In this document: positions 26,621 to 40,312 of the stretch, piece by piece
Numbering within the stretch: the stretch's first letter is position 1
Layout: the number at the start of each line of letters is the position of its first letter
Origin: Alloascoidea hylecoeti
Lineage: Eukaryota
Length of the DNA: 48,122 nt
Reading direction: 5' to 3'
NCBI GenBank assembly: GCA_001600815.1
Contig: BCKZ01000047.1
Span: 1-48,122, forward strand
Notes under the pieces: model-generated
Told to the model about the DNA's origin: nothing
Seen by the model: only the letters and a program-made list of their open reading frames with translations
Database searches by the model: none
Translations under genes and position numbers: made by a program

Positions 26621-27764
26621 CAATCTAAAACTTAAATTATATTTATGAATACCATCTAAATAAAGTTCTAGTCAAATTGTATGAAACATCAAATGAGAAC
26701 CACTGCCAAAATGAAATAGTTAACATTTTCCGAACGAAATTTCAGAAACTCTAACATTTTTAATTTAAAAGATTTTAACCGAAGCTCTTTGATAATTATA
26801 GTAAGATGACATTCAAAATATCTATGAAAGACACTTACCGAAAAATTGGCCAACGGAGTTGATTTACTTCCGATAGAAACTGATTCCAAGAGACTGGCCA
26901 AAAGAAAAGAATCACTGGTTTAGAAAAAGTAATATTTGTACCCTTAAATCACGTGTTAATCTACCATTGATGCTACGAGATATATCTGATTCTTTAATAG
27001 ATTACAAATCTACTTTATATAGTATTGGAGCTGCTGGAGTAAATTCAATAAAGTGTTTGAGTCTTCACTCGACGCCATGTTCGTTTATATTTTTTGTTAT
27101 CTCCCTCTTTCCTACATAGGAAATCTGTATCATATATATATAGATCAATGGTGGGATCAATCTATGACCTTTATCATATCACTAAACAATTAACACTCCT
27201 TTTTAGTAAACTATCTAGATTTTATAGGTTGTGTTATACAAGCATTATAGTGTTCCCTTGTGTTACAATATTTACGTATAATACAATTTATACTAAAAAT
27301 ATATATCAAAGATACACCAATCAAATTGGGATATATCTCAATTTTAGCTAGCATTTTATGGTCAAGAACACACAAGTGCCTAACCATAACTTAATTATAT
27401 CCAATACTAGATGATTATATTGAAGAATAGCAATATTAATATGAATATAATCATAGAATCTATTTTATCTAAATATGACATGCTACTGATTAGAAATATA
27501 AAAGGTTTAAGTTTTAAAGTTTAAATAATGGAAAAAAACCACCCACGATATAAAAATTATTAACAATTAACTTTACACAGCATTTAAAAATTATCCGTTT
27601 TTAGCAATATTGAATCTCACCTAATTACAAGAGTTGTAACTAAAAATAAAAAAACATCTGTTCAACCATTAACGATTGAATTTCGTGTTTCAATTAAATT
27701 TATATTACTGCTATTTTATCTATTTATCTAATCTCAAGTCATTGTTACGCATACAAGTATTCAT

Positions 27765-27855
27765 AACGTAACCCATAATTCGTGATATAATCTACACCAC
27801 GGACTCTAAATTACTGCAATACGAGTATATTTGCGATGATTTTGAACGTAAAATT
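27765..27855 (-). repeat. Isolated family B upstream block
   Basis: TTCGTGATATAATCTACACCACGGACTCTAAATTAC without the C/D core. Confidence 0.65.
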
Positions 27856-28499
27856 ATACATATGAATTTAAATAAAAAGATACTTGAATGAACATATACT
27901 CCTGCTCACAAAAGAGAGTATCTGGTAGTTACATATTTATATACTCCGACGACGGTTTTATGACGAATTCCATACTCCTAGCACAGTTGAATTAAGGTTA
28001 TAGAGTAATCATGGCTTCTGAGAACATTGTAGACTTTTGTTAGTTCATTATGGTATAATTCGTGGAATGCAATAATATTGGGCCACCTATAAAACTGAAT
28101 AATCATTTATTTGATGCTCTGGAAGTGTTCGAAATCAAGTAAATTGGCACACATAGAGCGGATCCAGACTTCAACTTATTGTCCTTTCAACTTTTTTAAT
28201 TACTGTTAGGCTGTAAGTATTTAGGAATGTTATAAGTTACATACCCGACTAGCGATAACCATTTATGTTATTATAATTATAATAATCAAACATGTAAAAT
28301 AAAAAGAGGTGAAAGTATAAATATTGAATTCTCCGAACCCCCGATTCTATTCTTTTATTATAACACATACTCTCTGTTTTGGTAACGATTTTGATTGTGT
28401 GACAGTTTCTAACTTTTATGTTTAAAAATATAGTATTGAGATGTTCTAATATACTAATTTCAGAAATTGAACTGCTTTTTGAATCCAGATTGTTCTAAT

Positions 28500-28676
28500 A
28501 ATTGATGATGATTATTAAAACTTCATACTCTTGGATTCTTCTCTAAATATCGATAATCATATTATAGAGAATTAATTGACAGATTCATTTATGGATCGTG
28601 TTTGATTATCTTAAAAATCTGTACATCTGTTTTTCATGAAGTGCTTTGAGTAAATCAATTCAATATATCTGAAATT
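28500..28676 (+). ncRNA. Family A orphan box C/D RNA
   Basis: ATGATGA 28505, CTGA 28669, TATAAATA at ~28316; E-box mutated. Confidence 0.7.
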
Positions 28677-29331
28677 CACGAGATGATGAAATCTCACTGG
28701 TGGCATTTTTCAAATCAATGGAGCTTCTGGTACAATGACTTTTTATTACAATAAAAAAAAAATTCAAATATGAAATATACTAGGAACATATAGCTTTTAT
28801 ATCGTAATATTCTTGATAAAAGTTTATTTAAAACAAAATCAATTAAATTTCATTCATTCCGGTTAGCTAATATATTGAAATAACTAGTCATACTGTTATA
28901 TCAAAATACGAACATCAATTTGGAAGAAAGAAAACAATTAGTTCTATATAAGTATATAAAGATCTATGAGATATAGGGATTCTTAATAAATGTTGAGAAA
29001 TTTGAATCAAATTTGGAAATAGAATGCTAATTCCTTAATAATCATAAATATAGGAGAGTTTTGGAAATGCTCCGATCTCATATATACCAGAGGAGAAGGA
29101 TTTGAAATATTAAATAGTCATCATCGTCTTAATATTCTTAATTTACATTTTTATAGTTTTTTAATTCCAAAGTTAGTAACAGTTAACATTTGATCAAGAA
29201 GATGAATGATTTTAACCAACCACATGCCAGTTACTCTCCATATCCCTTCTATTTAAATAATGAAACCAAGTTCAGCCAGAAGCTTCACATGTTTCAGATT
29301 CGTTACGCTGAGAAATCATTTTTTATTTGTT

Positions 29332-29463
29332 AAACTTCAGATATATTGTATTAACTTATTTATAGCGCTTCATAATCACAATGTTTAACGACTATTAGCA
29401 TAAAAACATAATCAATAAAAGATTTGTTAAATTGAATTCCTATAACCCCTTTTATTTCACGTG
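29332..29463 (-). ncRNA. Family A relic with a deletion joining the promoter to the 3' half
   Basis: CTGA (29340-29337), CACGTG 29458, box C absent. Confidence 0.5.
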
Positions 29464-30819
29464 AAGATCTACTTCCTAACATTCTCTATTTAAGAGGATG
29501 TTCCTATGATATATAAATTCACCTTCGCACAATGTATTTTCCTGCAAACAACATCTAATATATTTTCAAAATGAAGATATGATTCACAACATTGAATAAT
29601 CCACCCAATTAAACTTTAAGCTAAATACAAACTTAATCTTAAAATGAAGCTGCTTTGATTTTCAAAGTCTGCTGAGCGTTTAAGGCTACGAAACTATGTT
29701 TTTAATTTGTGAACACTTCCGTTTAATATAGCTTCTACTCCTTAATGCGCCCTCATTTCTAATTATAAGAATATTAAAAAGATTCAAACGCAACGGAAAT
29801 TAAATACATATTTTGCTGAAATGATAGAGAACATACCAATTTGGAAATTAAGGTAAGTTTTGTTGATGGATATTGAAAGAAAAATTTGAATGCTTCTTTA
29901 ATCAGTTACATATAAGATGCTAATCTTAACGTATTCTTCATACGATCAGGTATACTGGACTGAGTGTCATCGATACTCAATCTGTTTGAATACTCTCCAA
30001 ATCCTGTTCACATTCGAGTATACAAATATCGACTATTTATATCTGTATGGCAGTTGATCGATACTTTTATTGTAAACGGTTGAACTACTGGTATAAGTTT
30101 GAAGATAAGTTCCTCTTCTCATGGAGAGTGAATACAGTAAACTGTTATGTTTTAATAATTCTCAAACCATAAGGACAACTTTTATGAATATTCATTATAA
30201 AATGGATTTCAGAATAAATATTGAAAATAATTTGATGACATTAATCAACAATCATAATGTATATGTTAAAGTGAATTTAAATCAATTTCTTGATTTCTAT
30301 AATTTTCAATAGTTATTATAGTGTCACAAATAGAGTTTTCTATTTAAGTCTGTATCATCTTATATAGTACTCTGATTAATGTTTTAATAAAAAAGAAACC
30401 TGAAGAGTATCCTATAACGAAAGATAATTGAAAATTATTCTGTGAATTTAATATTATAAATATTTTACAGGGGTTAATAGCAGGATGCTCTATGATATGA
30501 TTTTTAATTTTATGTGTATCATTATTGAAGCCATATTAATACAGGTATCATTTGGTTAAAAGTTACACATTATTCATTATCATCCAATTCAAAAATATTG
30601 TCAATGATATCAATATGTATACCTATTCAACCGCTTAATTAGCATCATGCTTTAATTTGATTTTAGATCAGCTTCATTTGTTAATAAATTTATCTCTTTG
30701 CACTCTTATTTTAATCCGTGATAATGTATCACATTCACAAACTTATTTCAATATCTATTGACATATTTTGTGCGGAATATCCAATGGTTTAGTTCCATCA
30801 CATATGCATGAAACAGAAC

Positions 30820-30995
30820 ATTTTTGCATCAGAAAGTTTGCATGTTATATAATCACTTGCACCATCTTCCTGAACATTGATAATTAAGCAATGTTATTTT
30901 GGCGGAAGAGAAGGGCGTGACTCCACGTAATACACTGGGGTACAAAGCGTGTAAACAAAACCAAGGATCATTGCCAAAAAATCACATGAAAAATG
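30820..30995 (-). ncRNA. Family B C/D-like RNA with mutated box C
   Basis: CTGA (30832-30829); box C reads GTGATTT; hairpins partly retained. Confidence 0.6.
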
Positions 30996-31555
30996 TAATA
31001 GAAATGAAGTCCAATTGAGAAAAGATAACAAACTAATGAAGTCGATATGAAACTTCAAATGACGAAAACATTTAACGTTGTGATACATTCAAGGGATTAT
31101 CCTAAGCATATCTAATGAAAGTTCCTCATTCGAACAGACCTAAGTTTCATTTCATCTATGATAACTTAAAGTTACTAGATCAAAGGATTTACCTTCATAA
31201 ACGATTATGGCTTATAAATTTCATTTCATTACATATTTATTTTTGTATTTGTTTGGTGTGTGTTATCTTTGTAGAATCATGTTTAAGTTTAGTTTGTTAT
31301 TTTGCTCTAATTGTATTAGTACTTGTTAGAATTTGAATTGATTTTTGAATTAGTTTGTTATTCTTTTTGGGTTGAACTTCATATCGTGTATCAATTTTAT
31401 TTTGTGAGCGACTTTTCTTACTATTTGAGTTATCTAATATTTGAATTTGTAGTTATTAATACAAGTATATTTTGGTTAATAATAGCAAGTGTATTGATAT
31501 GATAAAAAGAAATACCGACAGAACCTTCTAGATTAGTATTGCACACCAATCTTTT

Positions 31556-31726
31556 AAATTTCAGATACATTTAGTTAAATTAATAATAGCCCTTCAAAAT
31601 CAATGATTATTAAGATAATAGAACACTATTCATAAGTAAATATATCTCTTTATTAAATCTTTATAATACAATTGATAATTGTAGAGGTATTTAAGCCGAT
31701 CAAGTTATAATAATCGTCATCAATTT
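31556..31726 (-). ncRNA. Family A C/D-like RNA (box C ATGACGA)
   Basis: CTGA (31564-31561), AAATT/AATTT stem, CACGTG 32060. Confidence 0.6.
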
Positions 31727-32888
31727 CACATTTATAAGAATTAGTTAAATAATATTGAAAAAGTTAAGTATACAATAACACAATTTTATATTGTTGCCAT
31801 TACAGGGATGATTCGTCCATATTGTGTATATATTGAAAAGCTATGCAAAAATTATTAAAGTTAACGTCTCTTAGTCATATACAACCCTTCCGAGATTAAG
31901 ATACTAATATCATAATAATAGACTTATACCAAAGTGAATGTTAAAAAATAAATTACAATCAAAATAAATTTTCCCATGATATCAAGTAATTTCCAAAGAA
32001 TGGTATGAATAGTTCAGAAAAATCAATATTTAAATGTAAGACTTATACCATTTTCATTTCACGTGTTTATGTAACTCAATTCCAATTATTATAATAAATA
32101 AGGTCATCTTCAATAGAGAATATATAGAATACTGTTAGACTTTACCGAAATTTATCGATGTAGATAATATTCAATGATAAATCTTATTAGTGTATTTAAA
32201 TAGTAAACATTTTTGTCACGTAGAGTAGTTTATTATTGGGTTGTATTGTTATCCAATATTTTGGCTGATGATTCAGTTGTAAGTGTTCCAGTAATAGAAT
32301 ACTCCGATAATGATAGCATTTTATTCCACTGGACCAAAAATAGTCGATTATATTGACAAATATTAAGTCCTCAAGTTGGACGGAACTAGGGGATGTAATT
32401 GTAAATCATTTAAAAGAAAATTCGGATATCTGTAAAGAATGGAAAAAAAGGTCCCTCAAGAATTGATGTATAGCTTTCGTAACAGTTGATAATTTCAGAT
32501 TAATATTTTTATTGATGGTATTGATTGATTGTGTTAGGACTAGGATTGATGCCATCACCATTCTCATAGTTAGCAAGTGCCAAAGTGATCTCAAGCAGTC
32601 TTACTTAATTTTCTTGTATAATGAGAGATGTAGTAAAGTACAATGGAAAGTTAGCAATCTCTGGAATATGCACTAAACCTTACTTCAAAGTTAATTTGAA
32701 AAGAGCGTAGTATATCTAAAAAGAGATTAATTATCATTCAAACTAAAATATTAGAAGGTTAGTTTGTTTTTGTGTTCCTCCCTTTTTCAAAATTATAATG
32801 CTGGACGTATGGGTGTTAGGTGAAGATCACAATTGAAATCATATTTCAATATATTTCTCTTCCCCCTCCATCCTCCATATCGGTCTAA

Positions 32889-33614
32889 ATGATTATTAAT
32901 ACTCTATCCCCTATTATCGAAGAATTAAGGGAAGACACAATAACTAAGATTCTGTTACGCCTCTTGAGACAGGGCGCTGTGAAAGAAAATATCCCCGTTC
33001 AACCCGATGGCTTTGCTCCACTCTCAGCTATTGTGAATCATAGAAGCATACATAAATCAGACTATACCCTAGAAGAAATTATACAAATCATTGAAAGCGA
33101 TCAAAGAAAGTTCTTCACCTTAAGAAATTTGAAAAATGATTTGGAAATACCCCCATCTATTGTACGCGTCGAATACATACGAGTAAACATTGATGACTGG
33201 GTGATAAAAGCGAACCTTAGTGATTTATCAAAACCAATTGATGATACTGTTTTACAATTCAAACCTTTAAATTCATACCTAGATTTCCATTCTTCAACAA
33301 TGATTCATGCAACGTGTTATGAGAACTTACCCATAATATTTGATTCTGGTGGTATATCACGAAAAAATGGAGACTATATTTATTTGGCACGGGCACCCTG
33401 TTCATTATCCGAATATAAGGAAATTTTTAAGATGAAATATTTTAATACCTTTATATATATAAATGTCGGCAAAGTATTACATAAAGGTGTGAAGTTATTT
33501 TTATTGAAAGGAAATACTATTATAACAAAAGGTGATGAAAATGGTTTTCTTCAAATTGAGTTAATTGATAAAATTGTAGACAAAAATGGTTTTCCCCTAA
33601 AAATACGTCTCTAG
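32889..33614 (+). CDS. TPT1: tRNA 2'-phosphotransferase (Tpt1/KptA family) homolog with degenerate catalytic motifs
   Basis: Full-length collinearity with yeast Tpt1 as recalled: TKILLRLLRQGAVKE ~ SKALSYLLRHTAVKE; DGFAPL ~ NGYTPL; MIHAT ~ LIHGT; IFDSGGIS ~ IIESGAIS; TKGDENGFL-type C-terminus. Confidence 0.9.
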   Translation: MIINTLSPIIEELREDTITKILLRLLRQGAVKENIPVQPDGFAPLSAIVNHRSIHKSDYTLEEIIQIIESDQRKFFTLRNLKNDLEIPPSIVRVEYIRVNIDDWVIKANLSDLSKPIDDTVLQFKPLNSYLDFHSSTMIHATCYENLPIIFDSGGISRKNGDYIYLARAPCSLSEYKEIFKMKYFNTFIYINVGKVLHKGVKLFLLKGNTIITKGDENGFLQIELIDKIVDKNGFPLKIRL

Positions 33615-33717
33615 ATATCGATATTGCTATTTCTGGAATGTTTAAAGAATATAATATAGTTACTTTAATCATACCAATACTTTAATTTTCGAAAAATTGA
33701 AAAGGTTAAATATTATA

Positions 33718-33806
33718 TGTAATAAATCTCGAGGTTCCTGTTTCTCCGAGTTTACGCCAAAAAGCCAATTTACTTCTTGTGAACTTTTTTAATAGTGATG
33801 CCAACA
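33718..33806 (-). mobile_element. Diverged relative of the 93-bp LTR
   Basis: CCTGTTTCTCC, CGCCAAAAAGCCAAT, GTGAAC and a CCAACA terminus. Confidence 0.7.
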
Positions 33807-34912
33807 ATAATTTAGTTCCATTAGACTCATTGAGAGAATAACTTGAACATCATATGATAAAAAAAAAAGATTATTCATATTTACAGCAGAAATTTTTGTG
33901 TGATATTGTACTGCATACAATTAGCAACTGCATTTATATTTGTTAAATAAATAAGATTATTTGATGCTATTCAATATTTGAGAAATTGTCACCATACCGT
34001 GATTGTGCTTCTGTATTAATACTTGTTGAGGTCTTTGAGTTGTTTTAATGCATTATAACTTGGTAATGATAGCAAAGCGCTGTATAAGCATGAATTAAAT
34101 TGAATGCTTTCTAATCCAGCCATATTAAATACGTGAACACTAACGTAGCTACAATGAAATTACTTTATAGAAATATATATAAGAGCTGAGAAAATGAAAG
34201 AATATCAAAAAATAACTCTGGTTCTTTCAATTCTTATAGTCAAAATGATTTAGTAATACCGAAGATATCACTGCTTATTTAGCATAATTTTCATGACAAT
34301 CCAACATAAAAATTTATGGTTAAATAAATGATAATCCTTAAATTTTATTATTCTATGAAACCTACTCTAATCCTTATTGATTTTCTTTATATATCTACTG
34401 TTTTGCATCTTAATTAAAAAAAAATTTCATTCAGAAAATGATCAACTTTTTGCACTGTTTTTGAATATTAATTTTAGTTAGTAGTGGAATGAAAATCTCT
34501 ATTACCTTTTTTTGAATATTGTGCATTCATAGTATTAGACAAATAGAAAGGTATATTACTAGTATTATGTTTAAGATTAATACATTATTAATATATATTA
34601 TTCATCTAAACCTTTCATTCAACAAATTATTCAATAAAGGGAAAACTAGAGGATTTTTCAAAGCTTGAAATTATTTAAACTTAACATATCGCTCTATTTT
34701 AGATTTATTTATAAAACAAAAAGTAATTGTCATCTAATTAAAAAAGTTAGCAATGATATTAATAGGTATACCTATTTAATCCCTATCAACTTGCTATATT
34801 ATGTTTTCAAACTCAAATCATTTTAACGCATTAAAGAAAAATATTACATATAATGATTAGAATCTTTGATTTTTTATTTTTAACACCAATGAAGTTATGA
34901 ATTAATCTGAAT

Positions 34913-35088
34913 ATTTTTGTATCAGAAAGTTTGCATTCATATAATTACCTACAACTTCTTCCTGAACATTGATAGCTAGTCAATGTTACTTTTCGGAAGT
35001 GAGAAATGAATCTCCGTGGAATAATCCAGGGTGCGAAGTAAGTAAGTGTAACCATATATTATTGCAAAAGATCATCACATACAAAATG
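34913..35088 (-). ncRNA. Family B orphan box C/D RNA
   Basis: GTGATGA (35078-35072), CTGA (34925-34922). The terminal stem TTTTGTA/TACAAAA is a compensatory double change from TTTTGCA/TGCAAAA. Confidence 0.75.
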
Positions 35089-36217
35089 TAACTCAAGAAA
35101 AAGCATAACAGGAAAAATCAATAAAGATGATAATTTCAAGATAAATCTGTTATATAAGATGAAAAAAAAAAGCATAAAACGGAACATCGGCAGTCTATCG
35201 GCTGTCTATTGAATAAAATGGGTGAAAATTTAAAAAAGTGAGGTTAATTTATAACCTTTCGTGATATAGTATACAGCACAGACTGTAAGTTACAATATAT
35301 GTAATTAAATAGCATACCACTCATTATGTATCTATCTTCCTACATAATCTAGTTCAAGATTAGATTCTATTTAAAAAAGCTATAATAATGTCTTATACCA
35401 ACACATAATTATAGAGCAGTGGAATATTAATAACTATTTATTAAATTAAATAAATTAATATTCGTGAGAGTATCTACTATTACAACAGTGAAAGATTTGG
35501 TACCAAAAAATCGAATATTTAAAATTGTTCAAAGATGCTATACATATCAGCAATTAATAAATACCCATAGATATCTAGTTAAAAAATTGAGGAAAGTTAT
35601 ACCTGAATGTGATCATAATTATTTTACTGTGATGAGAAGTTTCGTATATCTAACTATATATCAGTTCTAGGCTTATTTAAGCTAGCTGTTTTAATTTGAA
35701 TTCTAGTGCGTAAGCACATGCATACACCATCATTTTTCTAAACGGCTCACTCCATTCTTTAAGTTTACTTCCAAAGAACGTTAAATGTTGGTCGCTTGCC
35801 GGAATTGAAGTGTTGTAAGTTTATTTTAAAGATAGTTTCATATTTTAGCCATCTCAATAATCATTGGGTTAGGTTTATAAGGAATAAATCCTTTATGTTA
35901 GAAAACCTAGAACATCAGTACATTAATTTTCGATTTTCTAAATTATTTTTATATTATATTTTGGATATTATGGTTCGTTCAATCTGAAATCTGTTGAAGT
36001 GTATCAAAATAATATGTAATTGGTGTAGCATTAAAAATAATATAAATTTCAGATCATGCATATAAGAACCTCTATTACCATTCATTGCAATTCTCTCGCA
36101 ATGAGATCTATATTAAATAGATAAAAAGAGAACAACAATTAAAAATAAATCGAAATATAAACTTAAGAATGACTGTAATATAGATATATCATATAGTACC
36201 AATTCTGTATTACTTGT

Positions 36218-36377
36218 AAATTTCAGATATATTAAATTAACTTATTCATACAATTCTTAGGTATCGATTATTAAGTAAAAAAGCACGATCTATAAATAAA
36301 TCTGTTTTGTAATTCTTTATGATATTATTGATTGTTGAGAATATTTAAAATAAATAAAGTTATATCATCATCAATTT
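36218..36377 (-). ncRNA. Family A orphan box C/D RNA
   Basis: ATGATGA (36371-36365), CTGA (36226-36223), AAATT/AATTT stem, CACGTG 36508. Confidence 0.65.
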
Positions 36378-37320
36378 CAGATTTGTATAAACTTGGATCA
36401 TGTGAGTCATTGTAGGAAATATTAGATGTGTTTCGACTATGTTAAAGATAATTAAAAAGAATAGAATAAATGGTTTAGAGAAAGGAGTATTTAAATACCT
36501 TCTCCATCACGTGTTTACCCACTGCATTAACAAACATGGTTGAGTCTGGAGCCAGTCATTCGTAGTTAATAGAGTTATGCAACAGACTGTTCATGATGTT
36601 AGTGGAAGTACCTTCTGATATCATTTACAATTCTTGTAAAATTCATTGTGATTTCAAGAAAGTAAATAGTTTCCACAATTTTCGGGGAAAAAGATCCAAT
36701 TACTTTTACCCTTATTTTTTCTCAGGTGCAAAAACAGTCTTGATGAGTATTTCATATATGTTTAAAAGTTATTGCAAGATTGATCTTATATTTAACAATC
36801 TAGAAGTAACTAAAATTATTAATTATTATCATACTGGGAAAAATGTATTTCTATTCCATGATGTAATTCCTGAGCAAAATTCACAGGGAGAATGGCGCTC
36901 TATATTCATCTCATTATTAACTAAGATCAGTATTAAAGGAGTAATAAAGCTGATGGTTATCTTATTCGAGAACATTTAAATTATTTAATGAGATGGAAAG
37001 TATAAGATGCATAATAGTATACCTAGTGAACCTAATATAAAGTGAGTGGAATTAAAATAACTGAAGATTACAGTGGTGTTTAAAAAATAACAAAATTTAA
37101 TCATGATGAGTTTGTATAATAAACTTTTATAGTTAATTTCTCAAGAAAATTATGCTAAAATACAATAAACCCAAAATACATCAAATATGTTAATTCCGAA
37201 TAACTATTAACCTCTTGTGCACATTTCTGTAATATAACCTACAAGTAGTTTTACTTATGTTATTAATAACTGCACCGATATTAGGACTATTATATTTATA
37301 AGTTTACCCATGCAATCTTT

Positions 37321-37502
37321 AAATTTCAGATATATTGAATCACCTTAATTATAGCACTTCATAACCAAATGATTAATCCATCATTATGATAGTTTAAACA
37401 CGATACATAAGCGAATCTGTTAATCAATCTTTTATAGTATAATTATTGATTTTTTTTTTAAGAAATTAAGTTAATCAAGTTATATATAAACATCATCAAT
37501 TT
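37321..37502 (-). ncRNA. Family A C/D-like RNA (box C ATGATGT)
   Basis: CTGA (37329-37326), GTAAGT (37619-37614), TACGTG/TATA at ~37700-37723. Confidence 0.6.
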
Positions 37503-37944
37503 TAAAAAACAGAGAAAATAAAAAAATAAAAAAGATTATGGGTACACTCATAATTAGATGATATTTGAAAGATCTAAAAATGAAACTTATATATAAGTGT
37601 TGAACAACGGAAGACTTACCAGAATTTAGAAACAGGAAGTGATGTTCAGAAACCGGTAAATTTGAAAGACTAGAATTAATGATTTATAAAAAGTAATATT
37701 TATAACCCCTTTTATATCACGTATTTAATCGCAAGCAATTACAAATGGGAATCTCTAAAATATTAGGTTTGATAAACAGTAAATCTTATTTAATTACAAA
37801 AATTGAAAATGATAACGATGCCTGTTGATTTATAATTAATTTCTTTTTTATAGAACACATGAATTCTATATTTCTTATATAATATATAATGCACTTTCAA
37901 GTATGTTCAAATACAACAATCATATATTTGGAATTTTAATGACT

Positions 37945-38065
37945 TTTCAATTTCAAATAGATTTTAGAGTTATTAGAAGTATAAAAATGATAAATTGCAT
38001 AAACTTTAAGATGTAATAAGTAATTTCTCATTATCAAACTCAAATAATTTTAATAATATAAAGAA
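37945..38065 (-). repeat. Isolated family B downstream block
   Basis: TTTTAGAGTTATTA...AATTGCATAAACTTTAAGATGT matches ~12452-12505. Confidence 0.6.
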
Positions 38066-39218
38066 TAGATAGAAAAGTAAAAAAAAAAAAAAAAATGAAT
38101 TATAAAGAAAATTATAAATATTATATCAAACGTAATAGTGACGTCGACGTCTCATCAGTAAGCTTGGTAGAATTTCTATTACCTGGAGGTGCCACATCAG
38201 ATGCCTTTTGTATAATGCTTTGTATATAGTAATAGTTTAAAGTAAATATCACTCCACGAAACGTATGTTAATTGAAGCAGATGACATTTTATATGAAAGT
38301 TCTATTAAATATCTGCCAAATGCCACATCTTTAATTCTGATTATAAGTACCCATTGATTATTCAATACAAACATAAGACTCGTTTGTACGGTAGATTTTG
38401 CATCATGGCAAAGTAATACAATTTTAAAAATATCGAATCTTACTTTCCTCCCTCCAAAAGTTCTGCCTTCTATTCGTTGACGTTTTTACTATTTTTATAT
38501 TCTATACGCAAGAACTAATAGAAAAATTGTAAATTGTAAGTTTGTAAAAGTAGTTAATATTAATTGTATTAAAGAAAAAAGGTTAAGGAGCCAAAATCCT
38601 TTAAGAAGATTTTGTCCTTTATATAGTTAGCTATGTAAGTGGTATACGAAAATAATAAAGTGGAGTAAGTGCTATAAGAGCATAAGAAAGGTGGGAAGGA
38701 TTCTCATAAGAGAATATTAAACAGATAGATGAAAAATCACATGATAAGTCACGTAGAAATAGAAAGTTTTCAAGTATAAAATAAAGATGACAGGTAAGAT
38801 AGAAATGCATGATTTGCACTAATTACCTGATTCGGGCAAATTTAAGAAAACCTGTGCGCTTTGGGAAACTACAAAAGTTGATTAGTCAACCATTACTCAG
38901 ATTGTTCCGTAGTTTAGATCACGCCAAAGTAATCGTTTAAACACCAATTCTTCATCTTCCCAATTAATACCTGCCAGAGGTGTCTCCAGTTTTTTCTTTT
39001 CTTTCGATGATATATTGTAACATTTGATTTCGAATTGATTGTAACGATAACTACTGTATATCCTGTTCCCAACATTTGAATATGCATATCATCAGAGTTG
39101 CTAACTTTTACTATTTCCAACCATTATTTTTGAAGCAGTCAATAAGTTTGAAATACTAAGAAATGAGAGTGGTAGACAAAATGATATATAGTACAATCTA
39201 TTATTATCCGACAAGGGA

Positions 39219-39392
39219 ACTTGATGATGAATATTATAACTTGTTCAGCTTAATTTCATCATCAAATATCGATGATCTGATTATAATGAATTAATTGACA
39301 GATTTATTTATAGATCGTGTTTTTATCTTAATAATCGGTATATCATTTTGATGAATTGCAATGAATAAATTAACTAAATATATCTGAAATTT
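39219..39392 (+). ncRNA. Family A orphan box C/D RNA
   Basis: ATGATGA 39224, CTGA 39384, TAG then hairpin at 39560. Confidence 0.7.
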
Positions 39393-40312
39393 ATTAAGTT
39401 ATGGGGATGCCTCACCCGTAACGAATATAATTTAAGAGATATGAAATATTAATAGTTCTTACATTATACTTCTATGAAGATTGATTTCTTTATCATTTTG
39501 ATTTTAAAATAAAAATTGCAGAACCACTTACCTAATACATTTTACCGGCATACTTATAGGCCATTGCATACCAGTTGCAATGACTGGTGTTGGAAGCTTT
39601 ACATTAAATATAATAATTATATGTAATTTAGGAATACATATCTTTTATTTGAGAATTCAATAATGCCACAATATTAGTATAACTTAATGAAGCAGAACTA
39701 TAGAGATGAATCTAATTGAATAATTGCAAAGTTCTCCTTTTTCTTTTACTGCCACATTAAATAACAATTCGGAATAAATATGACATCTCTTGAACTTTAG
39801 TTTATGCAACTGTTCAATATTGTTCTTTTAATATCTCTAAAACCTACAGACAATTGAAAAAAAGATCAAAATTATCAATCTCATATATGATTCACTTGAG
39901 CATTTTCGAGCTGGTATTATATGTTATTTTACATCTATATCGAAATCAATAATTAATGGTTAAACATAAATCTTTAAATCATCTAGATAGGTAAAATGGC
40001 ATTAATTTAAAGATAATATTTAATAAATTGTGATATCATTAAAATCCAATTTCAACATGCAATCAAATTTCTAATATTAGCAGTTGAACAGGTATTATTA
40101 TCCTCTTAAACCACAAGTTGAAGCTTTGAATGGATTCAATTCTGAAATGATAGTACCAATTGATGACCATATGTATGACGATATCAACATGAAGCTTGAT
40201 AAATTAATGGAAGCGATAACTAAGGACAGAGAAGCTGGGAAAGATCAATGGATTCCTGATTCTATGAATGATGAAGTTAACCCAACTTACCCTTCCTTGT
40301 CAGAATCTATAT

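Noticed and set aside
36593..36979. 128-aa ORF
   Set aside because: No recognisable motif and its composition matches background; may be chance or a relic.
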